A stretch of DNA of 64,000 nt from a virus. Both the position numbers and the translations under genes were made by a program. The notes beneath the pieces are model-generated. The model did no database searches and was not told the DNA's origin. It worked only from the letters and a program-made list of their open reading frames with translations. Below are positions 27,976 through 37,571 of the stretch, one piece after another. The stretch spans positions 15,432 through 79,431 of IMG/VR virus record IMGVR_UViG_3300031873_000004, one strand, 5' to 3'. The first letter of the stretch is position 1. Every line of letters begins with the position of its first letter.

Positions 27976-29430
27976 ATGAAATCGAACCAGATCGCAAGGC
28001 CGTTCGGCAAACCTACCATGGAGTACAAGGATGCCAATGGCGACAACAACGGTAACAGCGGCAATGAGCCGGAAGTAAACGCAGCAGTCCTCGCAGAGAT
28101 CAAAACCCTCGGCACCAATGTCAAGGGCCAGATTGAAGAGTTGCAGCGGAACTACAAGAAGCTCCAGAGCGCAGTGGATCAGGGCAGCCCGGACGCAGTG
28201 AAGCGTGCAGAGATCAGCAAGCTCTCCGAGGACATTATCACTCGGCAGAACGCGCTCGACATGACCTTCACCAAGCGTGCCGATGACATGGAAGTCGCGA
28301 TGCAGCGGCTTATGTCGGCAGGCGGATCACACCTTGAAGGCAAGGCGGGTCAGGAGTTCGCGGATGCAAAGATGTTCCTCACGCACCAGCTCATCAGCCA
28401 GAAGCGGCTCAACAAGACCGGCATCGACGATTCAATGGTTGACGTTGAAGCCCTGCGCAACTACAGCAAGGCATTCAGCACATACCTCCGCATCGACGAG
28501 AAGCAGCTCCCCATCCACTCCCCTGAGTGCGTGAAGTACCTCACGACCGGCTCTGATCCGGACGGTGGTATCCTCGTGACCCCGGTGACGTCCTCGCGCA
28601 TCGTTGAGCGCATCTGGGAAATGGACCCCATCCGTCAGCTGGCCTCTGTTGAGACCATAGGTACGGACGCGCTGGAAATGCTCGAAGACCTCGGACAGTT
28701 CGGCGTTGACTGGGAAGGTGAGACTGTTGCAACCACGACAGTCGCAACCTCTCAGTGGAGCAAGAAGCGCATCCCGGTGCATGTTCAGTCCTGCCGTCCC
28801 TACGCCACTCAGTCGCAGGTTGACGATGCATCTATCAACATCGAAGAGTGGATCGCCAAGAAGGTGGCCGACAAGTTCGGGCGGGCAGAAGCAAACGCAT
28901 TCGTCGCAGGCAACGGCATCAACAAGCCTCGCGGTTTCCTGACCTATACGGATTACACGGGCACCAAGGGAGACGGCGGCGTCACCATGGGCCAGATCGA
29001 GCAGCGCAACTCCGGTGCAGCCGCAGCGGTCACGACCGACGGTCTCATCACCCTGAAATACTCGCTAGTTGAAGACCTCCTTCAGCGCGGCACCTGGCTT
29101 GTCAACAGGCTCACGGTTGCTGAACTGATGAAGCTCAAAGACGGCGACGGCCAGTACATCTGGAGACCCGGCATCACGGAAGGTCAGCCTTCCACCCTGC
29201 TTGGTCTTCCGCTCCGCATGAGCACCTCAATGCCGACGATCACCGCAGGTGCGCTCTCCGTGGCCCTCGGCGACTGGCGCGAGGCTTACACCATCGTTGA
29301 CCGGCAGGGCATCACCGTGCAGCGCGACCCTTACACCAAGAAGCCCTTTGTTGAGTTCTACACTCGGCGCAGGGTTGGCGGCGATGTGGTCAACTTCCAG
29401 GCCATCAAGCTGATGGTGATTTCCGCTTAG
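27976..29430 (+). CDS. HK97-family major capsid protein
   Basis: DGGILV, AFVAGNG..KPRGFL, LKDGDGQYIW, RDPYT, RRVGG. Confidence 0.96.
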   Translation: MKSNQIARPFGKPTMEYKDANGDNNGNSGNEPEVNAAVLAEIKTLGTNVKGQIEELQRNYKKLQSAVDQGSPDAVKRAEISKLSEDIITRQNALDMTFTKRADDMEVAMQRLMSAGGSHLEGKAGQEFADAKMFLTHQLISQKRLNKTGIDDSMVDVEALRNYSKAFSTYLRIDEKQLPIHSPECVKYLTTGSDPDGGILVTPVTSSRIVERIWEMDPIRQLASVETIGTDALEMLEDLGQFGVDWEGETVATTTVATSQWSKKRIPVHVQSCRPYATQSQVDDASINIEEWIAKKVADKFGRAEANAFVAGNGINKPRGFLTYTDYTGTKGDGGVTMGQIEQRNSGAAAAVTTDGLITLKYSLVEDLLQRGTWLVNRLTVAELMKLKDGDGQYIWRPGITEGQPSTLLGLPLRMSTSMPTITAGALSVALGDWREAYTIVDRQGITVQRDPYTKKPFVEFYTRRRVGGDVVNFQAIKLMVISA

Positions 29431-29441
29431 TAACAGATGAA

Positions 29442-29469
29442 CCGGCGGCTTTCGGGCCGCCGGATGTTT
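29442..29469 (+). terminator. Hairpin after capsid gene
   Basis: CCGGCGGC-TTTCGG-GCCGCCGG, weak U tract. Confidence 0.6.
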
Positions 29470-29493
29470 AAACTTTTAGGAGGATTTTGAAAC

Positions 29494-29979
29494 ATGAATA
29501 TTCGTGAGACGTTTACCTATTTCAAATTTGCACGTGTTGACGGCTGCGGTGTCGCAGGACTCACCGCAGAGAGCAACACCGGCGTGACCGTTGACAGACA
29601 GGGCTACGACAGCCTTACCTTCATCGTGAACATGACCGACACCAGCACCGCCGCAGTTCCGGCAACCTCGTACTGGTATGCTCGCGTTGAACATGCGGAT
29701 GTATCGGCAGCGGGTACCATCGGCGCATACGAAGTCTGCGGCAGCATCGACCTCATCCGCATGGCTTCCGGCGCTTGCACCAGCGGCATCGTACCGATCA
29801 CGGCGAGCACCTACAGCGGTGTTCCGTTCATGATCGGCTATCGCGGCAACAAGCAGTTCGTTCGTGTGAACATCTCCACGGTGGGCTCGATGATTGCAGG
29901 CTCCACGCACATCACGATCACCTCCATGAAGGGACACGCAGAGAACTGGCCGGTCACGATCCCGAACCTCGACGCCTAA
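29494..29979 (+). CDS. Capsid-associated/decoration protein
   Basis: TGVTVDRQGYDSL, IGYRGNKQFVR; directly after capsid gene. Confidence 0.65.
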   Translation: MNIRETFTYFKFARVDGCGVAGLTAESNTGVTVDRQGYDSLTFIVNMTDTSTAAVPATSYWYARVEHADVSAAGTIGAYEVCGSIDLIRMASGACTSGIVPITASTYSGVPFMIGYRGNKQFVRVNISTVGSMIAGSTHITITSMKGHAENWPVTIPNLDA

Positions 29980-30056
29980 ACTCGGCCTCCCGCTGAGCAT
30001 ATCCGGAACGGGGCTGCCGGTCATACAGCCCCAGAGTTTTAACGAAGGAGGCTTCA

Positions 30057-30593
30057 ATGAGTTTATTCGATAGCTATGCAGCAAGGGTAGGTAGACAGAT
30101 TGGCGCGAATCGCCTGTTCGTCGCAGCCACAGGCTTCTTCAACGTGGGTGATGTGAGCGGTGGTGCGGATGGGATAGACATCACGGGGGCTCAGCTCAAG
30201 GGCTTGCTTATGCAGACCCGCACCAGCTTCACGCTCGCTTCAGCAATTCAGGGAGTCAGTGTGATTCCGGCGGTCGCAGGTGTGGTGAATTTTTATTACC
30301 CTTCAGCAACGACCTCGGTCAAGATGCCTGTTGCAACCCCAGGCAATATACTCCTGCTCAGGTTTGATGGCGTTCTCAGTAACGTCTCAATCCTACCGGG
30401 CAGCAATGCAGCGGGTGTGGTTCAGTCTATTCTGTTGGGCGTGTCTGACCTGTCTTGTATCGCCATCTCGAATATCACGGGCACGATGAGCACGCAGGCG
30501 AACTTCGTGCAGCTCTATTGCGAGACCGCAGGCGCATGGCAGGTTGCTACGAGCGCAGGTACTGTAGGCGGAGTGGCATTGCAGCGCAGCTAG
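30057..30593 (+). CDS. Putative head decoration/fibre protein
   Basis: S/T/A/G-rich; head module; strong RBS. Confidence 0.5.
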   Translation: MSLFDSYAARVGRQIGANRLFVAATGFFNVGDVSGGADGIDITGAQLKGLLMQTRTSFTLASAIQGVSVIPAVAGVVNFYYPSATTSVKMPVATPGNILLLRFDGVLSNVSILPGSNAAGVVQSILLGVSDLSCIAISNITGTMSTQANFVQLYCETAGAWQVATSAGTVGGVALQRS

Positions 30594-30698
30594 TAACACT
30601 GATCAGGGCGGGACTGGCAAGAGCCTCCTCCTCGTTGCGTAAATAAGCAGAGCGAGAATCGGTGATCAGCCAGCCCCGCTGTATTTAAGGAGAAACAA

Positions 30699-30986
30699 AT
30701 GGCACGTTCACAACCGAACACGATGGTGATGACGGAGACAAGATCAGGCTCACCCGACGGCATCGGCTCGATGTTCTTTGAAGCCGGTAAGACGTACACT
30801 ACGACCGAGCGACTGTTCAAGCTCTTCATCGCAAACGGCTGGGCAACGCTTCCTGGCGCTGAGGTTGAGGAGAAGATGCTCACCCCGGCGATTGAGAACA
30901 AGATGGCGCAAGAGACGATTGCCGACCGTGACAAAGCTGCCGATGATGCAAAGGGTGCAGAAGCGAAAGCGACAAAGCGGAGGTAG
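30699..30986 (+). CDS. Small head-completion-region protein
   Basis: GSPDG...EAGKTY, ENKM. Confidence 0.55.
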   Translation: MARSQPNTMVMTETRSGSPDGIGSMFFEAGKTYTTTERLFKLFIANGWATLPGAEVEEKMLTPAIENKMAQETIADRDKAADDAKGAEAKATKRR

Positions 30987-30989
30987 TCC

Positions 30990-31685
30990 TTGTACGAGAC
31001 CTACCCGGACACAAGTTTTAACAGCCGCCTTATCAACCCGCAGGAACTTCCGTGGCGATTCACATACGTCATCAAGACGCCTCCCACGGGTATGCCTGTC
31101 ACGCTCGATGAGGTCAAGACATTTGCCAGGCTCGACAGCATGGATGAGGATAGTCTCATTGAAATGTTCGTGCAGGCAGCAACCTCGGCGGCTGAAGAAT
31201 ATATGGGTAGGTCGCTCATGCAGCGCACTGTCACCATGCGCTTTGACTTCTTTCCTGGGATCATCTCAATGCTCCCTCGCTTCCTTGCAACATCTTCGTT
31301 GCCAGTACCGTTGATCAAGCCGCCTCTCGTGAGTGTGACGGAAGTGCGCACTCTGTACGAGGATGATTCGGTGGCTGCAATCTGGCCTCTCGATCAATTC
31401 TATTGGCTCGATGGCGACCAAGCGGAGTTCGTGATACGGCGTGGAAGTGTACCGCCTATCAACGTGGAGCGCTACAAGAACGGGTTTGAGATAGATTACG
31501 TGGCTGGCTATGGGATTTCAGGTGCAACGCTTACACAGCAGCGTGCAGCGATCCCGGCACCAATTAAGATTGGCCTGCTCGTATGGGCGGCAGCAATGTA
31601 CTCTCAGCGGGGCAAGGCAGCAGCGGCAGAGCCTCCAGCGGATGCTAAAATGATGTTAGATCCGTATAAGATAATAAGGATTTAA
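30990..31685 (+). CDS. Head-tail adaptor (gp6/gp15-like)
   Basis: PVTLDEVK, AAEEYMGR, YVAGYG, LDPYK. Confidence 0.85.
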   Translation: MYETYPDTSFNSRLINPQELPWRFTYVIKTPPTGMPVTLDEVKTFARLDSMDEDSLIEMFVQAATSAAEEYMGRSLMQRTVTMRFDFFPGIISMLPRFLATSSLPVPLIKPPLVSVTEVRTLYEDDSVAAIWPLDQFYWLDGDQAEFVIRRGSVPPINVERYKNGFEIDYVAGYGISGATLTQQRAAIPAPIKIGLLVWAAAMYSQRGKAAAAEPPADAKMMLDPYKIIRI

Positions 31686-31687
31686 CC

Positions 31688-32098
31688 GTGACATGGCTCG
31701 TTGATAAACTCAGTCGAAGAATCGAGTTCATGCAGCAGGAGCAGACTGCGGCGAGCGATGGTAGCTACACTCAGCAGTACAAAGTTCTCGCGAAGGTATG
31801 GGCTGGATGCGAACCGTTGAGCGCGAATGCCGCTAAGTATATACGCGGAGTGCAAGTCGAGGACGGTCCCACGCACAAGTTCACAGTCAGGCGCAGCATA
31901 CCGATGGGCGTCGATGTATACGGAACAGGGTTTGTGAAGGCTGATAATTTTATCTTCCTCCTCAGCACGCATCAGGGAACGATTGGTAGGCTGTTTCGCA
32001 TACTGACTGCGGCAAACAACATGGAGCAGGATGAGTTCATCGAAGTGATCGCGAAAGAGATGGGCTCGTTTGATACAAGTCGCGGGGTGATGGTATGA
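31688..32098 (+). CDS. Head closure protein (SPP1 gp16-like)
   Basis: LSRRIEF, VWAGCEP, THKFTVR; synteny. Confidence 0.75.
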   Translation: MTWLVDKLSRRIEFMQQEQTAASDGSYTQQYKVLAKVWAGCEPLSANAAKYIRGVQVEDGPTHKFTVRRSIPMGVDVYGTGFVKADNFIFLLSTHQGTIGRLFRILTAANNMEQDEFIEVIAKEMGSFDTSRGVMV

Positions 32099-32589
32099 GC
32101 GATGCGATTCTTTCAGAGCTGCGGGATTATGCAGGCCGTGTGATTACGTTTGAAGAGATGAGCATGAATACTCGACGCGTGCTCGGACGAGTTGCATATG
32201 CCCGCTGCATGGATGTGCTTCAAGAACATGCTCTTATGTTTCGCAACGAAGTTGTACTTTCCATGCGAAACTCTCCAGCTAAGCTGTATAAGGTAGGAAC
32301 GAATAAACGAGGTAAGGGTGCATATCGTCGTGCATCGCAAGAGATGTTCCCACCAAGACCTAATACGGGCGACCTGATTCGTTCGATAGTGATGGACGTT
32401 CGTCACGCTGAGGTTGAGGTTGGTAGTAACATAACCAAGCCAGCCTATCCGTATTTCCTTGAACATGGTACTCGTCGCATGGCCCCGAGACCATGGCTCG
32501 AACCTGCGATACTGAAGATCAAACCGAAGCTCGATGCAGCATTGACTCGTACTCTGCGTGACATAGCTGCGGAATTTAGGCAGGAGTAA
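32095..32589 (+). CDS. HK97 gp10-like tail completion protein
   Basis: TGDLIRSI, FLEHGTRRMAPRPWLEPA. Confidence 0.85.
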   Translation: MSDAILSELRDYAGRVITFEEMSMNTRRVLGRVAYARCMDVLQEHALMFRNEVVLSMRNSPAKLYKVGTNKRGKGAYRRASQEMFPPRPNTGDLIRSIVMDVRHAEVEVGSNITKPAYPYFLEHGTRRMAPRPWLEPAILKIKPKLDAALTRTLRDIAAEFRQE

Positions 32590-32590
32590 T

Positions 32591-33271
32591 ATGAACCTAG
32601 GCGCAGTGGCATTAAAAATACGGGCAGGTAATACTCGCTTTGGCAACCGGGTCGTAGGTACTGTTGAACTTGCACTTGCTCAGGAATACACTCTTCAGAA
32701 TGAGACTGCATTTGTCATACCGTTGAGCGAGTCTGTCAAAGGCCCGAATCAAAACGATACTTTCGTCAATCAAAGAATTGTTGAAAATTTCGGTGTTATT
32801 GTAGCCATCAAGAACGATACCGCCAGCACGGACAAGCTCGGATTCAAGGCGTACGATGCTCACGGTGATGTGCGTAAAGAATTGCTGACTGCATTACTTG
32901 GATGGACAATGCCGGAAGCAACTGACGGCACAGCTCAACCGGCTGCACTTGTGTATTATAACGGGGGTCGAGTTATAGATATAACTCCCGCATGGTTGTG
33001 GTACTCATTTGAATTTGTCGCCGAGTCCCGCATCACAAGCGATGTTGACGGGGTGGATGAAGCTCTTGCCGCTCAGTACACCGACCAGTTCTTGAAAGTA
33101 TACACTCAATATGCGGTGTTCGATCAAGCGGTACTGCCGCTTGAAGGAGCAGCTCCACAACTTCCCACGAACCTACTCACGCCGACAGTCACTGAGCTGT
33201 TTGGTCCTGAGTTCCAGTTCGGCGATGCGTTTGCTAAAGACATGAACACGCTGGATACCGCAGCTGGTTAA
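32591..33271 (+). CDS. Tail terminator-like protein
   Basis: AFVIPL, ALLGW, LWYSFEF; precedes sheath. Confidence 0.7.
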   Translation: MNLGAVALKIRAGNTRFGNRVVGTVELALAQEYTLQNETAFVIPLSESVKGPNQNDTFVNQRIVENFGVIVAIKNDTASTDKLGFKAYDAHGDVRKELLTALLGWTMPEATDGTAQPAALVYYNGGRVIDITPAWLWYSFEFVAESRITSDVDGVDEALAAQYTDQFLKVYTQYAVFDQAVLPLEGAAPQLPTNLLTPTVTELFGPEFQFGDAFAKDMNTLDTAAG

Positions 33272-33281
33272 AGGAGAGATT

Positions 33282-33506
33282 ATGAGTACTGTATTTGTAA
33301 AGCCCATTGCTGGCGCGACGATCCAGACATTCGATACGAAGACTGCCATCCCGGCAGAGGGAATGGAAGTCACGCTCGACACATTCTGGTCGAGGCGCAT
33401 TGCTGACGGTTCGGTTGTGGTAGTGGATAAAACAATAACGGCTGCTACTGAGGAGCCAGCTGAGACGGCTGTGGAGTCCGTCACAAATACGAAAAGAGGG
33501 AGGTAA
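33282..33506 (+). CDS. DUF2635 (Mu gp38-like) protein
   Basis: VKP..G, IPAEG, FWSRRIADGSV. Confidence 0.8.
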   Translation: MSTVFVKPIAGATIQTFDTKTAIPAEGMEVTLDTFWSRRIADGSVVVVDKTITAATEEPAETAVESVTNTKRGR

Positions 33507-33509
33507 CAG

Positions 33510-34997
33510 ATGGCAATATCTTTTAATAACATCCCGACGACGTTGCGGACTCCGGCAGTCTATGTCGAAGTTGACAACTCACGGGCGATCAAAGGACTGG
33601 TGGCGAACCCGCACAAGGTGCTCATCATCGGTCAGCAGGTATCAGGCGGAGGCTCGGCTGCCAAGCTCGCGCTCAAGCAGATATTCAACGAGAACACGGC
33701 AGCCGGATACTTCGGTAACGGATCGCTGCTCGACCGTATGTGCCGCACGTTCAAGAAGAACAATGCGCAGACGGAATTGTGGGCGATTGCACTGAGCGAA
33801 GCTGGTGTGGCTACCGTAGCTGCTTCCGCTGCATTCACCGCAACGGGGACTTGCACGGGCGGTACAATCTGTCTGCTGCTCGGCGGCGTTCAAGTCAACA
33901 CGCCACTTACAAGCGGATGGTCAACCGGACAGGTGATGAGCGCCGTGGCGAGCGACATCAATGCAAACTCAGCATTGTGTTTCCGCATGTCGCATACCTC
34001 CCCGGCGAGCATTGGCTACCTCGTCGCGCAGAACAGCGGCTTGGTGGGTAACTACTTCGACGCAAGGCTCAACTTCTATGACGGTCAGGTGACTCCGTCC
34101 GGTATGACATTGAATCTGAGCGTGGTCGCTACAGGTTCAGGTAGTCCGGTATTCACTGACGTCTGGGCAGTGGCTGATGCAATCCAGTTCCACCATATCA
34201 TCCACCCGTACATCGATTCAACGAACCTGGCAGACATCGCCACCGAGCTGAACACGCGCTATGGTCCGATGGTGGATATGCAGGGTCATGCATACACCGC
34301 AGTACGCGGAACACTTGCATCTTGCGCAACCCTCGGCCTCACTCGCAACTCTCCGTTCCAGACAATCATCGGAGCGAACGACAGTCCGAGCAACCCTGAA
34401 AACTGGGCAGCGGCACTCGGTGCGGTTGCGAGCTTCAATCTGAATAACGACCCGGCTCGCCCGCTGCATTATCTCACGCTTCAGGGGATTATCCCTCCGA
34501 CGATTCAGTCCGGCAACCGATTCAGCCAGAGCGAGCGGAACATCATGCTCTTCGATGGCATCGCTACCTGGATCGTGGATGCAAGCGGCAATGTGAACAT
34601 TGAGCGGTGCATCACCACGTACCGCACGAATGCACTCGGCCTAGCTGATCCCAGCTATCTGGACATTGAGACCATGTTCACCATTCTTGAAATCCGGTAC
34701 CAGTTTAAGAATCGGATGGCGACACGCTTCATCCTGCCTCGCTTCAAGCTGGCTGATGACGGTAACGTATATCCGGCAGGGTCGCTCATCGCAACACCTG
34801 GCACAGTCAAGCAGGAGATCATTGCGCTCTTCACTCAGCTGAGGGATGCGGGACTCATCGAGAACTTGGATGACTTCGCCAATAACGTCAGGGTCGAGCG
34901 TGATACTGTGGATATGAACCGGGTGAATGTACTCCTTCCTCCGGACCTCATCAACCAGTTCCGGATACTTGCAGGACAAATTCAGTTCATTCTGTAA
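33510..34997 (+). CDS. Mu-like tail sheath protein
   Basis: ISFNNIP..LRTP.VYVEVDNS, DPARPL, ITTY..N..G..DPSYLD, PDLINQFR. Confidence 0.95.
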   Translation: MAISFNNIPTTLRTPAVYVEVDNSRAIKGLVANPHKVLIIGQQVSGGGSAAKLALKQIFNENTAAGYFGNGSLLDRMCRTFKKNNAQTELWAIALSEAGVATVAASAAFTATGTCTGGTICLLLGGVQVNTPLTSGWSTGQVMSAVASDINANSALCFRMSHTSPASIGYLVAQNSGLVGNYFDARLNFYDGQVTPSGMTLNLSVVATGSGSPVFTDVWAVADAIQFHHIIHPYIDSTNLADIATELNTRYGPMVDMQGHAYTAVRGTLASCATLGLTRNSPFQTIIGANDSPSNPENWAAALGAVASFNLNNDPARPLHYLTLQGIIPPTIQSGNRFSQSERNIMLFDGIATWIVDASGNVNIERCITTYRTNALGLADPSYLDIETMFTILEIRYQFKNRMATRFILPRFKLADDGNVYPAGSLIATPGTVKQEIIALFTQLRDAGLIENLDDFANNVRVERDTVDMNRVNVLLPPDLINQFRILAGQIQFIL

Positions 34998-35005
34998 ATC
35001 AAGAT

Positions 35006-35030
35006 GCGGGGCTTCGGCCCCGCTTACTTT
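35006..35030 (+). terminator. UUCG hairpin between sheath and tube genes
   Basis: GCGGGGC-TTCG-GCCCCGC-TTACTTT. Confidence 0.55.
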
Positions 35031-35044
35031 AAGGAGGTAGACAA

Positions 35045-35431
35045 TTGGCAAAAATTACTGGGCGCGTGGAAGTGGTCGTCAACGGCGTCATACTCCTGAA
35101 CAAGAACGGAGCCTCGGCATCCGGTATCGGCGAGTCCGGCAAACCTGCAGTCAAGCGTGAACCGGTCATCGGCGACATGGGAATTCATGGCTACAAGGAG
35201 ACCATCGAGGCTGCACGGCTCACGGTATCCATTACCGATCGCGACGATGTACGCCTCAGCGACCTCTGCAAGATCAACGGAGATGGCACAGTCATCATGC
35301 GAGCAGCTCTCGGCGGCAAGGTGTACACGATGGCAAATGCCACCTGTGTCGGAGCGCTTTCGGTGACCGCAGGTGAGGGTGACACGAAAATCGAGTTTGT
35401 CGGGCCGTATTGGACCGAGACAACCGCCTAA
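35045..35431 (+). CDS. Mu-like tail tube protein
   Basis: KREPVIG..GIHGYKE, GKVY, EG...IEF.G. Confidence 0.88.
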   Translation: MAKITGRVEVVVNGVILLNKNGASASGIGESGKPAVKREPVIGDMGIHGYKETIEAARLTVSITDRDDVRLSDLCKINGDGTVIMRAALGGKVYTMANATCVGALSVTAGEGDTKIEFVGPYWTETTA

Positions 35432-35540
35432 AACAGCGCTTTAAACGAGCGCAAACCCGCTTTTTAGCCACTTTGAGAGCGCGGACGAGGGTTTCTATAG
35501 CCCTTGTATTGAAAACGGCTTAAATTGCCAAGGAGGATTC

Positions 35541-35816
35541 ATGGAAACGGCTACAAAAACCATCAAACTGCAATTCCCGATAAAAACCTCAACTCCCGGA
35601 GGTGCTTCAGCTACCATCGAAAGCGTTGAGATTCGCCGACTCAAAGGAAAGGATTTGAAGTTCCTTCCCAGTAGCGATCCGAAACCTGCTGATTTTATTC
35701 CGCTCATTTCTTCGGTTACTGGAATGGTGATCAAGGATGTTGAAGAGATGGACCTTGTTGATCTCACGGCGATAGGCAAGGACTTGATGGCTTTCTCAGC
35801 GGGATACCCGGAATAG
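35541..35816 (+). CDS. Tail assembly chaperone (probable -1 extension to 35950)
   Basis: LQFPI, IRRLKGKD, EMDLVD; GpE'-like -1 frame IARVYHFSPESIGDMT..L.FW. Confidence 0.8.
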   Translation: METATKTIKLQFPIKTSTPGGASATIESVEIRRLKGKDLKFLPSSDPKPADFIPLISSVTGMVIKDVEEMDLVDLTAIGKDLMAFSAGYPE

Positions 35817-35942
35817 AATGGGAGCGCATCGTCTGGGGTATCGCCCGCGTGTATCATTTCTCCCCTGAGTCAATAGGGGACATGACGATGGATGATTTAG
35901 ATTTTTGGCATCGAGGGATTCAGTGGTTAGCCGAGGAGAGTA

Positions 35943-37571
35943 ATGGCTGAACAGCAAGTCACATGGTTGCTAAAACTACAAGATGAACTTACCTCAGGGC
36001 TCGATAAAGTTGGAAACAAGTTCAAGGAGCTAGGTAAGCATCAGAGTGAGGCCGGGAAACGTCTGACCGATGTCGGCAAGACGATGACGGCCTTTGTCAC
36101 CACAACCATCGGGGGAGCTGCAACTCTTGCAATGAACGAGTCTCGTAAAATCGAGAGTTCGTTCGTCAATTTACGGCAAACTGTTCCCGGCACCATAGAT
36201 CAGTTGCATAGTCTTGTTAAAGAACTTGAAAATGTCGCAATGGCAACGGGAGCCCCGATCGAAGGGCTCATGGCCATTGCCGGGGTTGGTAGTCGTGCCC
36301 GTCTGAGTGACCTTAAAGGTTTTACTCAGATGATGACCGATCTGAATACAGCTACTGGTAATTTTGGCGGCGAAGAGGGTGCAAAGCAATTTACGCATCT
36401 TGCCAAAGCGTTGAATGTAGCCGAAAAGGATTACAAAAGTCTGGCGTCAATGCTCGACTGGGGCTCTGATAATTTCAACACTTCAGCCGAGCAGATCGCG
36501 GGCATGACTCGCGAGTTGTCAGGCTTGACCGCCATTACACCAATCACAAAAGAGCAGCTCATGGGAATTTCAGCATGGGCCGGATCGTTTGGTCAAGAAG
36601 GCAGCACGGCTATGATGACCATCTTGAATAAGATGGGTGAGGCCGTTAAAAAAGGAACAGGGTCGGATCTTGGATGGTTTGCTGACATGTCTAAAATGGA
36701 CGCCGGTGTGTTCATGGATTTATTTAAAAAAGACGCACCTGCTGCGTTAGCGAAAACTCTCGAAGGACTCAAAAATATGAGTGAAGAGGGTATCAGGACA
36801 GATGTTATTGTGAAGCAAATTGGATGGGGTGGTATTCGTACATTAAGAACAGCGCTCACAGGAGCGAACGCTATCAACGATTTGACAATGGCTACCAATG
36901 GGATGAATAAGGCTTCCAAAGAGGGGGATAATCATACGAAGGGTGCATCTATGACTTATAAAACCCTCGATAGCACTCTTAAACAATTACATCAAACGTA
37001 CGGTGCGCTCATGGTTCAATTCGGCGAGCTTGTGTTGCCGCTATTTGTCGCATTGGCAAAAGCATTAAAAAGTCTTTTAGAAAACTTCACTCATTTACCG
37101 ACATCTTTCAAATACGCGGTTGCGGCTCTGGGTGGATTGCTCGCGATCGCTGGACCTGTATTAATGGCGCTCGGTTCGATGGTAGGTACTCTGGCAATGC
37201 TTAAAATAGCATTCCCAGCTGTAGGTCTTGCTGGAGTCACGGGACTCGCACCGCTGGCGGCGATGCTGGGAGTGATGGCGTTGAAAGCAGCAGCCATCAT
37301 GCTTGCTTGGGAAGCAGGAAAGAAAGTCGGAGGATGGATTAACGAAGGCATAACAGCACTCAGCGGCGGACAAGAAGGTGCCGCAGGGGCACAGATATAT
37401 GACTGGCTCCATCCAGAAGCTGCAAAAGGTGTGGGTGGAAATAATAGTAAGTCCGAGCTGAAGGTAGGTCTCGACCCAGGCCTCGTTGTAAAGGGAGCCA
37501 AGACCACCGCTGGAAATATGGACTTGACAACCGAGATGAACCCATATGCCGGATGGATGGCAACGCCATGA
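35943..37571 (+). CDS. Tape measure protein (short, 542 aa)
   Basis: Ala/Gly-rich helical sequence, hydrophobic segments; follows TAC. Confidence 0.88.
   Translation: MAEQQVTWLLKLQDELTSGLDKVGNKFKELGKHQSEAGKRLTDVGKTMTAFVTTTIGGAATLAMNESRKIESSFVNLRQTVPGTIDQLHSLVKELENVAMATGAPIEGLMAIAGVGSRARLSDLKGFTQMMTDLNTATGNFGGEEGAKQFTHLAKALNVAEKDYKSLASMLDWGSDNFNTSAEQIAGMTRELSGLTAITPITKEQLMGISAWAGSFGQEGSTAMMTILNKMGEAVKKGTGSDLGWFADMSKMDAGVFMDLFKKDAPAALAKTLEGLKNMSEEGIRTDVIVKQIGWGGIRTLRTALTGANAINDLTMATNGMNKASKEGDNHTKGASMTYKTLDSTLKQLHQTYGALMVQFGELVLPLFVALAKALKSLLENFTHLPTSFKYAVAALGGLLAIAGPVLMALGSMVGTLAMLKIAFPAVGLAGVTGLAPLAAMLGVMALKAAAIMLAWEAGKKVGGWINEGITALSGGQEGAAGAQIYDWLHPEAAKGVGGNNSKSELKVGLDPGLVVKGAKTTAGNMDLTTEMNPYAGWMATP

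Noticed and set aside
27976-29430. Encapsulin operon (ferritin plus HK97 shell)
   Set aside because: Capsid has a delta domain, protease, portal and terminase, so it is a true phage head
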